A DNA stretch of 64,000 nucleotides, taken from IMG/VR virus record IMGVR_UViG_3300008116_000004; one strand, given 5' to 3'. How positions within the stretch are numbered: the stretch's first letter is position 1; every line of letters starts with the position of its first letter. Under the pieces are notes generated by a model, which saw nothing but the letters and a program-made list of their open reading frames with translations, was not told where the DNA came from and made no database searches. This document shows, piece by piece, positions 35,548-46,369 of this stretch. A program made the position numbers and the translations under genes. The stretch is from a virus.

Positions 35548-36627
35548 TTACTTTTTAACGATTTTTGCGATTGAAGAAACATAGCGTGCCATGTTAGGAT
35601 CAAGAGAAGCTTCCTTTACAGGCTCTTCTACTGTCTCATTAAGAAGCTGATCTTCAGTAACCTTTACTTCAGCCTTTGATGGGAAGTATGTTTCCTTGAT
35701 GATAGCTATCTTTTTGCGAAACTCAGCAACATCAGAAAAGTCGATTGCTTCAGTGAGCTTTACAAACTTATCTTTCTGAGTGTCAGTCATTCCTTCTGAG
35801 AAAGAAGCAGTGATATCTGCTACTTCTTTTGTAGTAACAACTTTCATAAGCTCGATATTCTTTTCAGTTGTTTCATTAAGACGGCTCTTAAGTTCTTCAA
35901 CTTCAGCAGCTAATGACTCTACAACGTTAACTTTATCTTCTGGGATATCGATGTAGTGTTCAGTAAATACTGCCTTAAGACCGTTAATGAATGACTCAGC
36001 AATATCAGTTCTGATATTTTGCTCAATAGCAAGCTTATTTTCTTGGATCCATTCGGCTACAGCATAGTTTAGATATGAATCTACATTTTCAACCATTTCA
36101 GTTGAAATGTTGTTTACTGATTCTTCTAAATCTGCTGCATATTGTTCTTCTAAGCTCTTTGCTTTAGCTTCGAAATCTTCCTGTACCTTTGCAACTTCAA
36201 GATTAACTCTAGTTGATACAGCTGCTTCAAAAATTGTAGAAATCTTTGATTTGAAGTCTTCTGATAGATCTTCTGAACCACCAAATACTACTTCAAGATC
36301 TTCTTTTACTGACTGCATTGCATCTGCATGTGCACCAGATGATTTAATTGAAGCTTTGTTTTTATCTGAATTGTCGCCAACTGCATCTTGAGCTGCTTTG
36401 TTAGCGTTATAAATGTCATCGTTTGATTTTGAAATAGTTTCTACTGCCTGTGCAAGAGTGTCAGCACTCATCTTTGATGCATATGCTACCATCTTTGCAA
36501 GAAGGTCAGACTTTGAAACAGTTTCGTTACCAGCGATAGATGCTTGATTTGAAGATGCATCCTCAACAACGGCTTCTGCACCGCTATCGATTACTTGATC
36601 TTCTTTGTTTAATTCTGTGTCAGACAT
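35548..36627 (-). CDS. Prohead core scaffold gp22
   Basis: LSEDFKSKISTIFEAAV, VDSYLNY, EHYIDIPEDK; late promoter at 36654-36661. Confidence 0.93.
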   Translation of the reverse strand: MSDTELNKEDQVIDSGAEAVVEDASSNQASIAGNETVSKSDLLAKMVAYASKMSADTLAQAVETISKSNDDIYNANKAAQDAVGDNSDKNKASIKSSGAHADAMQSVKEDLEVVFGGSEDLSEDFKSKISTIFEAAVSTRVNLEVAKVQEDFEAKAKSLEEQYAADLEESVNNISTEMVENVDSYLNYAVAEWIQENKLAIEQNIRTDIAESFINGLKAVFTEHYIDIPEDKVNVVESLAAEVEELKSRLNETTEKNIELMKVVTTKEVADITASFSEGMTDTQKDKFVKLTEAIDFSDVAEFRKKIAIIKETYFPSKAEVKVTEDQLLNETVEEPVKEASLDPNMARYVSSIAKIVKK

Positions 36628-36665
36628 TAATTTTCTCCTTAGGTAATTTGAAATATTTATATATT

Positions 36666-37325
36666 TTACATATTTGAAAGAAAATGTTTAAAAACTCGTA
36701 TCTTAGCTTCTTCTAATTGTTTTTTATCTTTTTTAGATGCTGCTTCATTGATTACTTGCTTAGCCTTTTCTAATTGGCTAGCTTTGAGAACACCATTATC
36801 CCAGATCCATTCTACACCTTCCATGATGCCATTTACGAATGCATCAGGAGCGGATGGATCTGCTACTATGTCAGCAGCAGTAGCTAGATAGAAATCTCCT
36901 TGGACTTCCATAATACCGTTTCTTTCAACTAGAGAACCCATGCCTCTAGAAGAAACACCTAGAAGAGCACCTTCTTTCATAAGATTACTCACGATATTAC
37001 CATAAGGAGTGTCCATAATTTTAGCACGTCCAATGAAATTATCGCCTTCTTGAACGAGTGATTTAATCATATGAGATACTCGTTCTAGATTGATAGATGG
37101 TCCAGAAGGATGACCTAGCTCACCGTATGCACGATTTTTATCAATTTGCTCTGCACGGTATCTATCAACTTCTTTAGCAAGAAGCTCAGTAGGATATTTA
37201 CGACCGTTACGGTTCTTTAAATTGCCTTGTAAAAATATACCTTCAATGTAAAGACTCTTTTTGCCTTCTACACCTTCTTCAGTTATAATTTTTACGTCTT
37301 CTACGACTTCAGTAATGAGTTTCAT
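36666..37325 (-). CDS. Prohead protease gp21
   Basis: NRNGRKYP, GELGHP, GVSSRGMGS, ADIVADPSAPDA. Confidence 0.96.
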   Translation of the reverse strand: MKLITEVVEDVKIITEEGVEGKKSLYIEGIFLQGNLKNRNGRKYPTELLAKEVDRYRAEQIDKNRAYGELGHPSGPSINLERVSHMIKSLVQEGDNFIGRAKIMDTPYGNIVSNLMKEGALLGVSSRGMGSLVERNGIMEVQGDFYLATAADIVADPSAPDAFVNGIMEGVEWIWDNGVLKASQLEKAKQVINEAASKKDKKQLEEAKIRVFKHFLSNM

Positions 37326-37327
37326 TG

Positions 37328-37600
37328 TTAGTTCCTATAAGCAATTTGTACTGCTCTTAAATTAGTTCCAGTTAAAGTATCTGTAGTAGCTTTTTCTACA
37401 TTTACAGCTTCATAAGGAGTAAGAGTTACATTAGCGTAAGTAGCAGTAGTGTTTGCAATGGTTAAAACTGTAAGAGAGTTATTAGCATTTGTAACTCTTA
37501 CTAGCTTTGAACCATAAACAGTGTTAGCTGTTGTTAGGCTTATTTCTAAACCGTAATCAGTATTAGCAGATACACTTAAAAATTTATACACAGCTGACAT
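37328..37600 (-). CDS. Small virion/head-associated protein
   Basis: Located in the head operon; coupled to neighbours. Confidence 0.55.
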   Translation of the reverse strand: MSAVYKFLSVSANTDYGLEISLTTANTVYGSKLVRVTNANNSLTVLTIANTTATYANVTLTPYEAVNVEKATTDTLTGTNLRAVQIAYRN

Positions 37601-37602
37601 TA

Positions 37603-40020
37603 TTAGTACCCTTGCTCCTGAGCAAATTTAAGAAGTTCAGCTTTACCTTCTGCTGTAAGCATTTTTTCATTAAATTTAACTCTATTATTTTCAGATAAAT
37701 TGTTGTATAGATTATTTAGGGAAACCTCTTCCGCCATAGTAGATTTACCACTATAAGCTTGACCTTCACCACCGATAGGCTTATTTCCAGTAGTAGCAGG
37801 GAGATCAATCTTTTCCTTAGAAGCGAGTGGATCTTTCTTAATCTTATCTACACTATCTTGAGCCATATTTTCTTTACTAAGAGCCTCTGATACTTTTACT
37901 GATCTTTTAGGTAATGCTGCCCATCTTACAGCAGGGCGTCCAGTTTTAGGGTTAGTAGCTTGAACTGCAATACGCTCTCTTCTATCCGAAACAGCAACTT
38001 CACCTCTAGCTTCATCTACTTGTGCATCTTCTTTTACTGATTTTGCAAGTGATACCTTAGGACGAGGAGCATCTACTATTGCTTTACCAGTCTTGAGAGT
38101 CTCATGGAATCTATCATGAGAATGTGAAAGTGAATGCTGTATTGCAAGACGATCAGATGCTTTTGCATTCTGAAGCATTGAGAGTGCTTTATGTGCATGT
38201 GCAGATGTTATTGTATGTGTCTTACCGTTATTAAAAGTAACTGGCTTGTTAGCTGAGATTACTTTATGTAACTGTGTATGAATGTTCTTATCTGCTTCTT
38301 GATGATCATCATCACCAGCTGGTTTTGAACCATCCTTACGAGGACGACCGCGCTTGGCTTCATCAACTTGTTCTACTTCTTCCGTGAAGTGAGACATTGC
38401 AACTGGAGTCTTAGTGCTTGAACCACGATGAGAAAGATGAACAGTATCACCTTCTCTGTGAGCAGTTACCTTAGACTTAGTTTCATCTGTAAAAGTGGTG
38501 CTCTCACCATCTTTTAATTTACCAATTGCTTCTTGATGTTCTGGGTGTAATGGAAAAGAATGAGATGACCCATGGTGTACAGTAATCATTTTACCCCATG
38601 GGTGTGTAGACTTTTTTACAGAAACTGCTTCTTCTAGTTCTACTTCTTCTTTTTGAACTTTCTTAGAAGCTCTGTCTTTGATTGCTTTCTTTAACCAAGA
38701 AGGTGCAGAGCCTGGTTCACGTGTTGCTGCATCTCTAGATGCCTTCTTAATATTATCCATTGTTCCTAATGCTTCATCTATTTCAGTTTCTTCAACTAAA
38801 AGATCAACATCATCTTCTTTTTCTTCTCCTAGACGGTTAAGAAAGGAGCCATAATTAGCAGCCATAGAAGAACTTTGAGAATAATTATCTTCCATCTCAT
38901 TTTCTTCTTTATCTTCAGGCTCTTGCTTTACGTTTGGTTCTGAATACATCATATAGTCGTAAACAGAATCAATCATATACTTGGCTTTAGTAATCTTTGA
39001 TTGTAACCATGCTTCAAGTTGAGTATCATTCTCTAACATGTCCGCAAGTACACCAGCTTTATCACAGATAGCATTTAGTTCTGCTTTAGCCATTTCACCT
39101 TCGTAATCAAAATCAGCTTCTTCAGCTAACTTCTTTTTAGCTCTTAAAAGTTTGAAGTCGTGAGCGTCAATCTTATTATTCTTATTAGCATCAATCTTAT
39201 GTTGATCACCTTTTAAATCTTCTGCTACTCTTTTTGCAGTTGCAGTAGCAATGGCCATCTTCTGTGCCATTGGCATACCAGGATGTTCACGCTTTAAAGC
39301 CTTGGCGACTTCTTCACGCTTTTTCATTTCAGCAGGTGTAAGAGTCTTTTCTTCAACATGTTCTGCTTCTTCTTTAACTTTAGCACCTACGTGTGTAGCT
39401 TGTGCTGCTAGCTTTCTAAGAGCTTCTCTAGAAGGACCAGGTGTAGGTAATGGTTTCTTTTTGAGCATTCTATTGCTTAGAGTATCATTCATATGATGTC
39501 TAGCAACTTTATCCCAGTTGTTTTTACCACCTTCATCAACTTGCTCTACTTCTTCATTAGCGCGCATTTTAGCGAGAATAGCACCAGCTACTTTTTTTCC
39601 AGCTTCTTCTGAACCATAACGATCAGCAGCTGCTTTAGCAATCTTAGCAAAATTCTTACCGGGCTCGCCTATATCTTTACCTGCACGAGCTGCAGTAGCA
39701 GAAAGAGTAGATTCATTAATTTCTACACCTTCATTTCTTACTGCATCTATTGGCTTGTAATCTTCACCAGGACGTGGATAGGAAACTTCCTTTACTTTGA
39801 GACCTTTATCATATGCTGCAATATCTGCTTGATTTTCATAAGAAGCAGTTGGAGCATCGTACTCTCTCTTTAGACCTTTGAAAAGAAAATCTTGATCAGT
39901 AACACCAGGTACAATATCTCTGTTAATAGCAACTAGAGAACCATGCATGTCCTTAAAGTTCTTTTCTCCTTGGGAGAGAGGTTGCTGTATTTCAGCAATG
40001 ATCTCATTAAACGTTTTCAT
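37603..40020 (-). CDS. Large prohead-core/internal head protein with repeated gp21-type cleavage linkers
   Basis: Between gp20 and gp21; recurring EEVEQVDE-like linkers; AT-hook KRGRPRK; EF-hand-like DANKNNKIDAHD. Confidence 0.65.
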   Translation of the reverse strand: MKTFNEIIAEIQQPLSQGEKNFKDMHGSLVAINRDIVPGVTDQDFLFKGLKREYDAPTASYENQADIAAYDKGLKVKEVSYPRPGEDYKPIDAVRNEGVEINESTLSATAARAGKDIGEPGKNFAKIAKAAADRYGSEEAGKKVAGAILAKMRANEEVEQVDEGGKNNWDKVARHHMNDTLSNRMLKKKPLPTPGPSREALRKLAAQATHVGAKVKEEAEHVEEKTLTPAEMKKREEVAKALKREHPGMPMAQKMAIATATAKRVAEDLKGDQHKIDANKNNKIDAHDFKLLRAKKKLAEEADFDYEGEMAKAELNAICDKAGVLADMLENDTQLEAWLQSKITKAKYMIDSVYDYMMYSEPNVKQEPEDKEENEMEDNYSQSSSMAANYGSFLNRLGEEKEDDVDLLVEETEIDEALGTMDNIKKASRDAATREPGSAPSWLKKAIKDRASKKVQKEEVELEEAVSVKKSTHPWGKMITVHHGSSHSFPLHPEHQEAIGKLKDGESTTFTDETKSKVTAHREGDTVHLSHRGSSTKTPVAMSHFTEEVEQVDEAKRGRPRKDGSKPAGDDDHQEADKNIHTQLHKVISANKPVTFNNGKTHTITSAHAHKALSMLQNAKASDRLAIQHSLSHSHDRFHETLKTGKAIVDAPRPKVSLAKSVKEDAQVDEARGEVAVSDRRERIAVQATNPKTGRPAVRWAALPKRSVKVSEALSKENMAQDSVDKIKKDPLASKEKIDLPATTGNKPIGGEGQAYSGKSTMAEEVSLNNLYNNLSENNRVKFNEKMLTAEGKAELLKFAQEQGY

Positions 40021-40261
40021 CTGTTATTCCTTCGGTTGAATCTGGTTCTATTTGTATATTTTCATCCGGAGAGGTCTCTTGAACTTCTTCTACTGGAGCA
40101 TCTATACCATTAGAAGAACCAAAAACGCTAGCTGCAACGTCTTGATACATACCACCAACAGCATCTGCAACCTTAGATTGCATAATAGAATCTAATGCAC
40201 CTTTAAGATTAGCTGCATCTTTATTCCAAGCATAACCAAAAATATCTTCAACGCTACTCAT
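40007..40261 (-). CDS. Prohead core protein (gp67-like)
   Basis: Small acidic protein after gp20; late promoter at 40288-40295. Confidence 0.6.
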   Translation of the reverse strand: MSSVEDIFGYAWNKDAANLKGALDSIMQSKVADAVGGMYQDVAASVFGSSNGIDAPVEEVQETSPDENIQIEPDSTEGITDENV

Positions 40262-40296
40262 ATTTCCTCCAAAAAATCTATGTGTTTTATTTATAA

Positions 40297-41877
40297 TTAC
40301 CTTGAATTTCCTGCACCTGGTACATTAGGTTTTAACGGGATTGCAGGAGTTTGTTGTTCTTCTTCTGGTTGAACCTGTGAATTTAAAGTATTAATCTCAG
40401 ATTCTGGCATAGGTTCCATGGAAATCTCTTCCATCATCTGTTTTATATCTTCATCTGTTTGCATGAGTATGTTTTTACGAACCCACATATCTGAAAAATA
40501 TTTACCGATAAAAGGCTGAACATTATTTAACAATTGAAGTCTATTAGTTAAAACTTCTGCTTCTTTAAACTCTTCAAAGTGATTATCAATAGTAAAATCA
40601 AAATTAATGTTATTTGCAATCTCAGGCCAGTCAGATTCAGAAACTACACCTTTAAGTATTAATTGCTTTTCTAAAGCTTTTAAAAGTAACTGAGAGAATC
40701 TTCTACGGAGACGACCAATAAATTTTGTAAACTTAACTTCATCTCGAGATATTTCTGCTGCACGTCCTAAATTAAATCCTGCAGAAGAAGGTTCTAATCT
40801 AGACATAGGAACGTTAAGAGATTGAAATAATTTTCTCTGAAAATATTGAACATCTGCCATTTCACCGAGATTTTGACCGGCAGGTAGTGTGGTTATTTCT
40901 GTACCACGATTACCTTCACGACGAGGTAACCAATAATCTTCTAGCATAGTCATATACTTACGATCGTCACGAATTTCACCAGTAGCAGCATCATATACTA
41001 GTCGGTTTTTATGGCGAACCATCATATCTCTTAGATATTGTTCTGCTTTTGCTTTAGGAAGATTACCGACATCAATATAGAAGATACGGCGTTCAGGAGC
41101 GCGAGAGATACGATAAATGACAGTAGCATCTTCTAATGTTCTTAATTGATTAAGAGGTTTAATTGCTTTTTGTAGATAAGAATACACCATTGCATTATTC
41201 TTATCCATAAGACCTGAAGTACAGTGTAAAATAGCATCGGTAGCTATTCTTATACCTGCAGTACTAGTAGTATCCATTGGAACACCAGCATTACCACCAG
41301 CAGGTAAAAAAGTACGGTCGTTATAAACATAATACTCTCTTTGAGTATTTGTTACTGTAATTCCACTTTTAGATTTTCTTCTTACTTCGCGAACTTTACG
41401 GATTTTACGTGGATCAACATAGCGAAGTTCTTTAATACCATTACGAGGATTTTCTTCATCGATGATAACATGATAGTACATTCTACCATCAATATACCAT
41501 CTTTTAAATAATTCGTATGCTTCGTTTTGAAAATTAAATAATTCAAGAATAGTATCAAACTCATCTCTGATCTTATCTTTTACTGAATCAGAGTAGTTAA
41601 GTTTATCCGTATTAAGTTCTACTATAGAACTAGCATCTGTATCAATAGCTTCATTGACAATATCATCTATTGCCATTTCTATTTCTGGATGTAAAGATAC
41701 TTCACGGTATTTTGAGACAAGTTCAGCTTCTGTGCGTGCAGTGCCGTCTAGGTCAATATATGTACCGTAAGCACCACCAGCTGCTACTACGAGAGCACCG
41801 TCGTCTTTTACCTCTGGGGCAAAAGATTCAACAGGCTCTTCCTTTGCTCTTTTGATTTCAAATCCAAATAATTGCAT
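40297..41877 (-). CDS. Portal protein gp20
   Basis: IYRISRAPERRIFYIDVGNLPK, MLEDYWLPRREG, EISRDEVKF. Confidence 0.97.
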   Translation of the reverse strand: MQLFGFEIKRAKEEPVESFAPEVKDDGALVVAAGGAYGTYIDLDGTARTEAELVSKYREVSLHPEIEMAIDDIVNEAIDTDASSIVELNTDKLNYSDSVKDKIRDEFDTILELFNFQNEAYELFKRWYIDGRMYYHVIIDEENPRNGIKELRYVDPRKIRKVREVRRKSKSGITVTNTQREYYVYNDRTFLPAGGNAGVPMDTTSTAGIRIATDAILHCTSGLMDKNNAMVYSYLQKAIKPLNQLRTLEDATVIYRISRAPERRIFYIDVGNLPKAKAEQYLRDMMVRHKNRLVYDAATGEIRDDRKYMTMLEDYWLPRREGNRGTEITTLPAGQNLGEMADVQYFQRKLFQSLNVPMSRLEPSSAGFNLGRAAEISRDEVKFTKFIGRLRRRFSQLLLKALEKQLILKGVVSESDWPEIANNINFDFTIDNHFEEFKEAEVLTNRLQLLNNVQPFIGKYFSDMWVRKNILMQTDEDIKQMMEEISMEPMPESEINTLNSQVQPEEEQQTPAIPLKPNVPGAGNSR

Positions 41878-41894
41878 AATATGTCCTTAAGAAA

Positions 41895-41925
41895 GAGAGC
41901 CGCTATAGTATTTATAACGGCTCTC
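41895..41925 (-). terminator. Hairpin after gp19 containing the gp20 late promoter
   Basis: GAGAGCCG/CGGCTCTC stem enclosing TATAAATA (41909-41916, minus strand). Confidence 0.7.
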
Positions 41926-41935
41926 GATCTTAATC

Positions 41936-42487
41936 TTAAGCACCGCCTGCATTACCAGTAACGCCATTTAATACCTCAAATGTATCGTACTGGAATGTAA
42001 CTTGGAACTCTTCAATTTCATCTACTGAAGCCCAAGCAAGATCAATTGGAGCGATTGCTTCTGGATAAATTCCGTTGAACTGATATGTTCTAAGAATTTC
42101 ACCAGCTTTACCAAATTGAGTAACAGTTGCTTGTGATTTGTAGTTAGAAGGAGCTCCAGTTCCTAATGCAGTAACGTTTTGCTGATAAAGCTGAATGGAG
42201 TTATTCCATTGTTCCATAGCATTACGTACTAGGAAGTCTTCATCATTGATGATTGTAACAGTCCATGGATCGAATCTACGATCACCTGCCATCTTAAGTC
42301 TTCTTCCAAAGTAAGGTACTTCAATAAGACCTAGAATTGAACTAGGAATCTGAGCAGTCTTACAAAGGAAAGGTAACTTAAGATCAGCTACTGGATTTAC
42401 TGGGTTGCTGATAATCACCTGGAAGAGACTTGGACGCGCACCACCAAAGGTAAGCTGGGCGCGGATATCATTAATATTGAACGCCAT
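41936..42487 (-). CDS. Tail tube protein gp19
   Basis: GGARPSLF, AGDRRFDPWTVTIINDEDF, IEEFQVTF. Confidence 0.95.
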   Translation of the reverse strand: MAFNINDIRAQLTFGGARPSLFQVIISNPVNPVADLKLPFLCKTAQIPSSILGLIEVPYFGRRLKMAGDRRFDPWTVTIINDEDFLVRNAMEQWNNSIQLYQQNVTALGTGAPSNYKSQATVTQFGKAGEILRTYQFNGIYPEAIAPIDLAWASVDEIEEFQVTFQYDTFEVLNGVTGNAGGA

Positions 42488-42507
42488 TTTTGTGTTCCTC
42501 CCTTACC

Positions 42508-44514
42508 TTAAATGCGACCAACGATTTCTTCAAACTCTACACCGGTGCGTACTGCAACGAAGTTGAGCTGAATGAAGTTAATTGAACGAGCTGGCTTGAT
42601 GTAAATATCACCACGGAACTCGTTACGATCAATAACTTCAGGAGTATTATTTGTAGTATCACAAACCACTCTAAAGTCATAGATTCCTCTGCGGCCTTGG
42701 ATATCACGTAGGTAAGGCTCTACAAGATTACGGAATGAAGCTCTTGTAAAGTCATCATTGAATTCAAATAGAGCAGACTTAGCAGCTGTTGCAATGGCTT
42801 TTTCAAGAACAATGAACAATCTACGTACGTTAATTCTATCGAATGCTGATGGTCTTCCTAGGAGTGTCTTATCACCGAAGAGTACAACACCTTGACCTGG
42901 GAAGTTAACTACAGGGTTGATGTCTACCTTATAAAGCTCATCTCTATCAGCTTTATCTGGATTGTATGCAAGTTTAACAATGTTCTTAATGTTACCTCTG
43001 TTGAACCCTGCTGGAGAGAACCATGGATCTCTTACGCTGTCTGTGCGTACGCAAAGACCAGCAATATCGCCGTTTAGAGGTACCCAACGATACACATCGT
43101 TGTACTTGTCATATTGATATTTGTGACCTGAATCGAGCACTGCATAAGAAGAAGCTCTTAAGAGGTTTCTAAATGTTTTAAGTTTAGTAAGTTCTTGTCC
43201 AGGTACATTAACAGTATCTGTGTTATTTGGAGAAACGAATGCTACGCAATCTTTTCTATATTCACAAATATTGTCTATGATGTAATTTGCTACCAATTGT
43301 CCAGAACCACCAGTTGCACGACCACCAAGTACTAATGAGATATCAATATCTTCTGCAGATGCAAATTTATCATAAGCAGTCATAATTTTTGCAGGTGCAA
43401 TAACAGATTCTGCATCATCAGATCCACCACCATTGAATGATATTGTATCAACCATGGTGTTTGTACCGGTAAGTTTATCTATTGATGATGTTGTTGTAGA
43501 AGTGTAATTATCTTTACCTGGCCATACCCACTGTGAGTTATTCTTAAGAATATCTTTCCAGTAAATAGAACCACCCTGTTCACCTTTTGCATCAGAAGCT
43601 CTAGAAACGTTTTTCCAAACTTCAATAATTTCACCAGGCACTCCAGTAATATTACCATCTTCATCTGCTACAACGATATGCATTTCGTCAGTCTTAGTTG
43701 TATCATTTACACGAGTAGCAACATAATTTGATTGACCAGGTGCACCGTCTACTGAATTAAAGTATTCCCAGTATCTAGTAGCTACTGCAGTAGAAGAGCT
43801 GTTAGTTATATTAACCCAGTCAGTCTTTAATTTGCTAGTTTCATTAAGAGTTACTGTAACTGTGTTACCTGAAACAGACTTTGACTTAATCTTAACATAT
43901 TGTGTACCAATAGTAGTGTTACCAATTAGGATATAGTCACCTACTGTAAGTTCTGAGTCAACAGTTGTAGCCATAGCACTGAGATCAGCTCTTAGATAGA
44001 GAGTAGTGCTTCCAACTGCAACTTCCGCAACTACGTTTGATGTAGTATTTGCGTAACCAAATGATGATGTATATGCATTTGCATCTGGACAGATAGAAAT
44101 CTTAAGTGAATTTCCTAAAGAACCAGGGTATTTTGCAACAAAAGCAGTGTTTGCTTCAGCTTGAACTGTTGATTCTTGACTAGTCCAATCTGTGCTGTTT
44201 TTAATAAAATAATTTACAAGAGTGCCAGTATTTGCTACCGCATTATAATTATCTGTATTTGCTGCTCTTGAAATATAAAGCTGGTTTCCATATGCTAAAA
44301 AGTTAGCAGCAGTGAACCATGTTTCGAAATTATTAGCTGTTGGTTTTCCGTATGTATTAACTAGTTCGTTTTCAGAAGAAATCAGGACTGCTTCTTCAAC
44401 AGGTCCCCATCTAAAAACGCCAGCAAACGCACCTGTAGTAGTTGATACTGATGGTACGATTGTAGTTAAGTCAATTTCTGATACGTTAACACCAGGACTT
44501 ACTTGAAATGGCAT
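42508..44514 (-). CDS. Tail sheath protein gp18
   Basis: SPGVNVSEIDLT, WFSPAGFNRG, FDRINVRRLF, KPARSINFIQLNFVA. Confidence 0.97.
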   Translation of the reverse strand: MPFQVSPGVNVSEIDLTTIVPSVSTTTGAFAGVFRWGPVEEAVLISSENELVNTYGKPTANNFETWFTAANFLAYGNQLYISRAANTDNYNAVANTGTLVNYFIKNSTDWTSQESTVQAEANTAFVAKYPGSLGNSLKISICPDANAYTSSFGYANTTSNVVAEVAVGSTTLYLRADLSAMATTVDSELTVGDYILIGNTTIGTQYVKIKSKSVSGNTVTVTLNETSKLKTDWVNITNSSSTAVATRYWEYFNSVDGAPGQSNYVATRVNDTTKTDEMHIVVADEDGNITGVPGEIIEVWKNVSRASDAKGEQGGSIYWKDILKNNSQWVWPGKDNYTSTTTSSIDKLTGTNTMVDTISFNGGGSDDAESVIAPAKIMTAYDKFASAEDIDISLVLGGRATGGSGQLVANYIIDNICEYRKDCVAFVSPNNTDTVNVPGQELTKLKTFRNLLRASSYAVLDSGHKYQYDKYNDVYRWVPLNGDIAGLCVRTDSVRDPWFSPAGFNRGNIKNIVKLAYNPDKADRDELYKVDINPVVNFPGQGVVLFGDKTLLGRPSAFDRINVRRLFIVLEKAIATAAKSALFEFNDDFTRASFRNLVEPYLRDIQGRRGIYDFRVVCDTTNNTPEVIDRNEFRGDIYIKPARSINFIQLNFVAVRTGVEFEEIVGRI

Positions 44515-44571
44515 TGTTTTCTCCTTTATGATAAAGTATTTTCAGTATCTAGTAAGTTTATTTATGATTTC

Positions 44572-46167
44572 TTAGTTTAGAAGAAATCTATCAAACTCAC
44601 TGACTGTCAAAATCCTATCGGATGGATCATCTTCTCTTCCATCATCGATGAGTCCAAAAGGAGTAAACTCTTCTTGTTCTTCTTCTATTTTTCTACGAAT
44701 ATCCGTATTTGAGACATCCTTAAAATAGTTCTGGCTAACCATCCATCCGAAGAGAACCAGACACATCACTAAATCATCATGGTGGCCATCTTCGGCATTG
44801 TAAGTACTTCCATCTACTATATAGGTTGAAAGCTCATTAATAATATCATAATCATTAAGAATTATTTTATTACTTTCGATTATAGTCTTAAGATTCGAGC
44901 ATCCAATTCTCTTAGTGATCTTTGTAGTTTTTATACCTAATCGATTCTGATTACCAGCAGTTCCGATAATAGTACCTTTTCTGCCAGACATTTTTGTCAT
45001 AACAACATTGTCATATTCTAGATCTTGATGGAGAATATTAACAACCTGTGATCCTATATTGACTTCTACTAGAACTGCAGCATTATTATAATATTTTGCA
45101 ATACTTTCTAGAAGTGTTGGATACATGAGCTGAGATATATTAGCATCTTTATATGTTGCAACTACTTCATAAGGAACTGTAGAACAATCTATAATTACAA
45201 ATGCAGAACTATCTAAACCTAGCCCTTCAGATACATCTACTGTTATAGAATAAACATGGTCCTTTATCGGTTCTTTATAGATTTTTACATTATGTATTTC
45301 TTTAAGAATTGGGTGGTAAACTAATTTAGAGAGAATAGAAGGATGAATTAGAGTGTTAGCTGAACCTAAGAACTCACACTCAAACTCTTGTCTAAATTGA
45401 TCTATAGAAGTACTTCTGATCATCTGCTCTTTCCAGGCTTCATCTCGACCTGGAACATCTGACCAGTGAACATCAACTCTTGCATAATCATTGTTACCGT
45501 TAACAGAGTCCATCCAGATCTTATAGAATAGATTCATACCGTTAGGTGTTGATGTGATCAGAAGTTTAGATGATGAACCGGAAGTAATAGTAGGGAAGAC
45601 CGATGCAAAGAAAGCATCCTGAACGTTACGAGGCACGAATGCAAACTCGTCAAGATAAACTAGATTATAAGATTGACCACGTACTGCAGATGATGACGTT
45701 GCAGATGCAAGTATCTTAGAACCATTCTCTAATTCTATGTTACCTTTATTCCATTCAACAATACCCTGCTGTAACCACTTAGGGAGCCATTCATATGCAA
45801 GTTGTACTCTAGAAAGAATTTCTCTTGCCTGTACTTGTTTGTTTGCAAGAACTGCAATATTATAATTTTCATTAAAAAGAATCTTATGAAGTAGATACCC
45901 TACAACACCTGTAGTTTTACCAACCTGACGAGGCATCTTACATACAGTAAAACGATTATCATCAAATACCTTAAACATTTTCTTTTGATAATCAAAAGGT
46001 TTAAAAGGTTGTAACCCTTTATCTACGGTAACAATCTTAACGTATTTTTCACAAAAGTATTCAACATCCTTAGCACATTTGATATACTCTTGGATTTGCT
46101 CTGTAGTATAATTAAGTTTGACGTCTTTGTTCTTTAGGTTTTTATTACCTAGATATATCTCGCTCAT
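44572..46167 (-). CDS. Terminase large subunit gp17
   Basis: MPRQVGKTT, YLDEFAF, ITSTPNG, QEFECEF, HDDLVM. Confidence 0.97.
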   Translation of the reverse strand: MSEIYLGNKNLKNKDVKLNYTTEQIQEYIKCAKDVEYFCEKYVKIVTVDKGLQPFKPFDYQKKMFKVFDDNRFTVCKMPRQVGKTTGVVGYLLHKILFNENYNIAVLANKQVQAREILSRVQLAYEWLPKWLQQGIVEWNKGNIELENGSKILASATSSSAVRGQSYNLVYLDEFAFVPRNVQDAFFASVFPTITSGSSSKLLITSTPNGMNLFYKIWMDSVNGNNDYARVDVHWSDVPGRDEAWKEQMIRSTSIDQFRQEFECEFLGSANTLIHPSILSKLVYHPILKEIHNVKIYKEPIKDHVYSITVDVSEGLGLDSSAFVIIDCSTVPYEVVATYKDANISQLMYPTLLESIAKYYNNAAVLVEVNIGSQVVNILHQDLEYDNVVMTKMSGRKGTIIGTAGNQNRLGIKTTKITKRIGCSNLKTIIESNKIILNDYDIINELSTYIVDGSTYNAEDGHHDDLVMCLVLFGWMVSQNYFKDVSNTDIRRKIEEEQEEFTPFGLIDDGREDDPSDRILTVSEFDRFLLN

Positions 46168-46369
46168 CTTTGATTGCTCTTTTAATTTCTACAACCTTTT
46201 CTTTTTCTATAAGCTCGATACAAAGTGTTGTAATTTCAATATCTTTTTGTATGAAAAACATTTTAGTTTTTAGTTTTTCTAACTGCTCATTATAAAATCT
46301 AAGTTCTTCTTCTTTTCGTCTTTTTGTCTCGTAAATATCAGTAAGTAAAATTATCTTACCTTCACTCAT
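46145..46369 (-). CDS. Hypothetical coiled-coil protein
   Basis: Lies between gp16 and gp17. Confidence 0.6.
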   Translation of the reverse strand: MSEGKIILLTDIYETKRRKEEELRFYNEQLEKLKTKMFFIQKDIEITTLCIELIEKEKVVEIKRAIKDERDISR

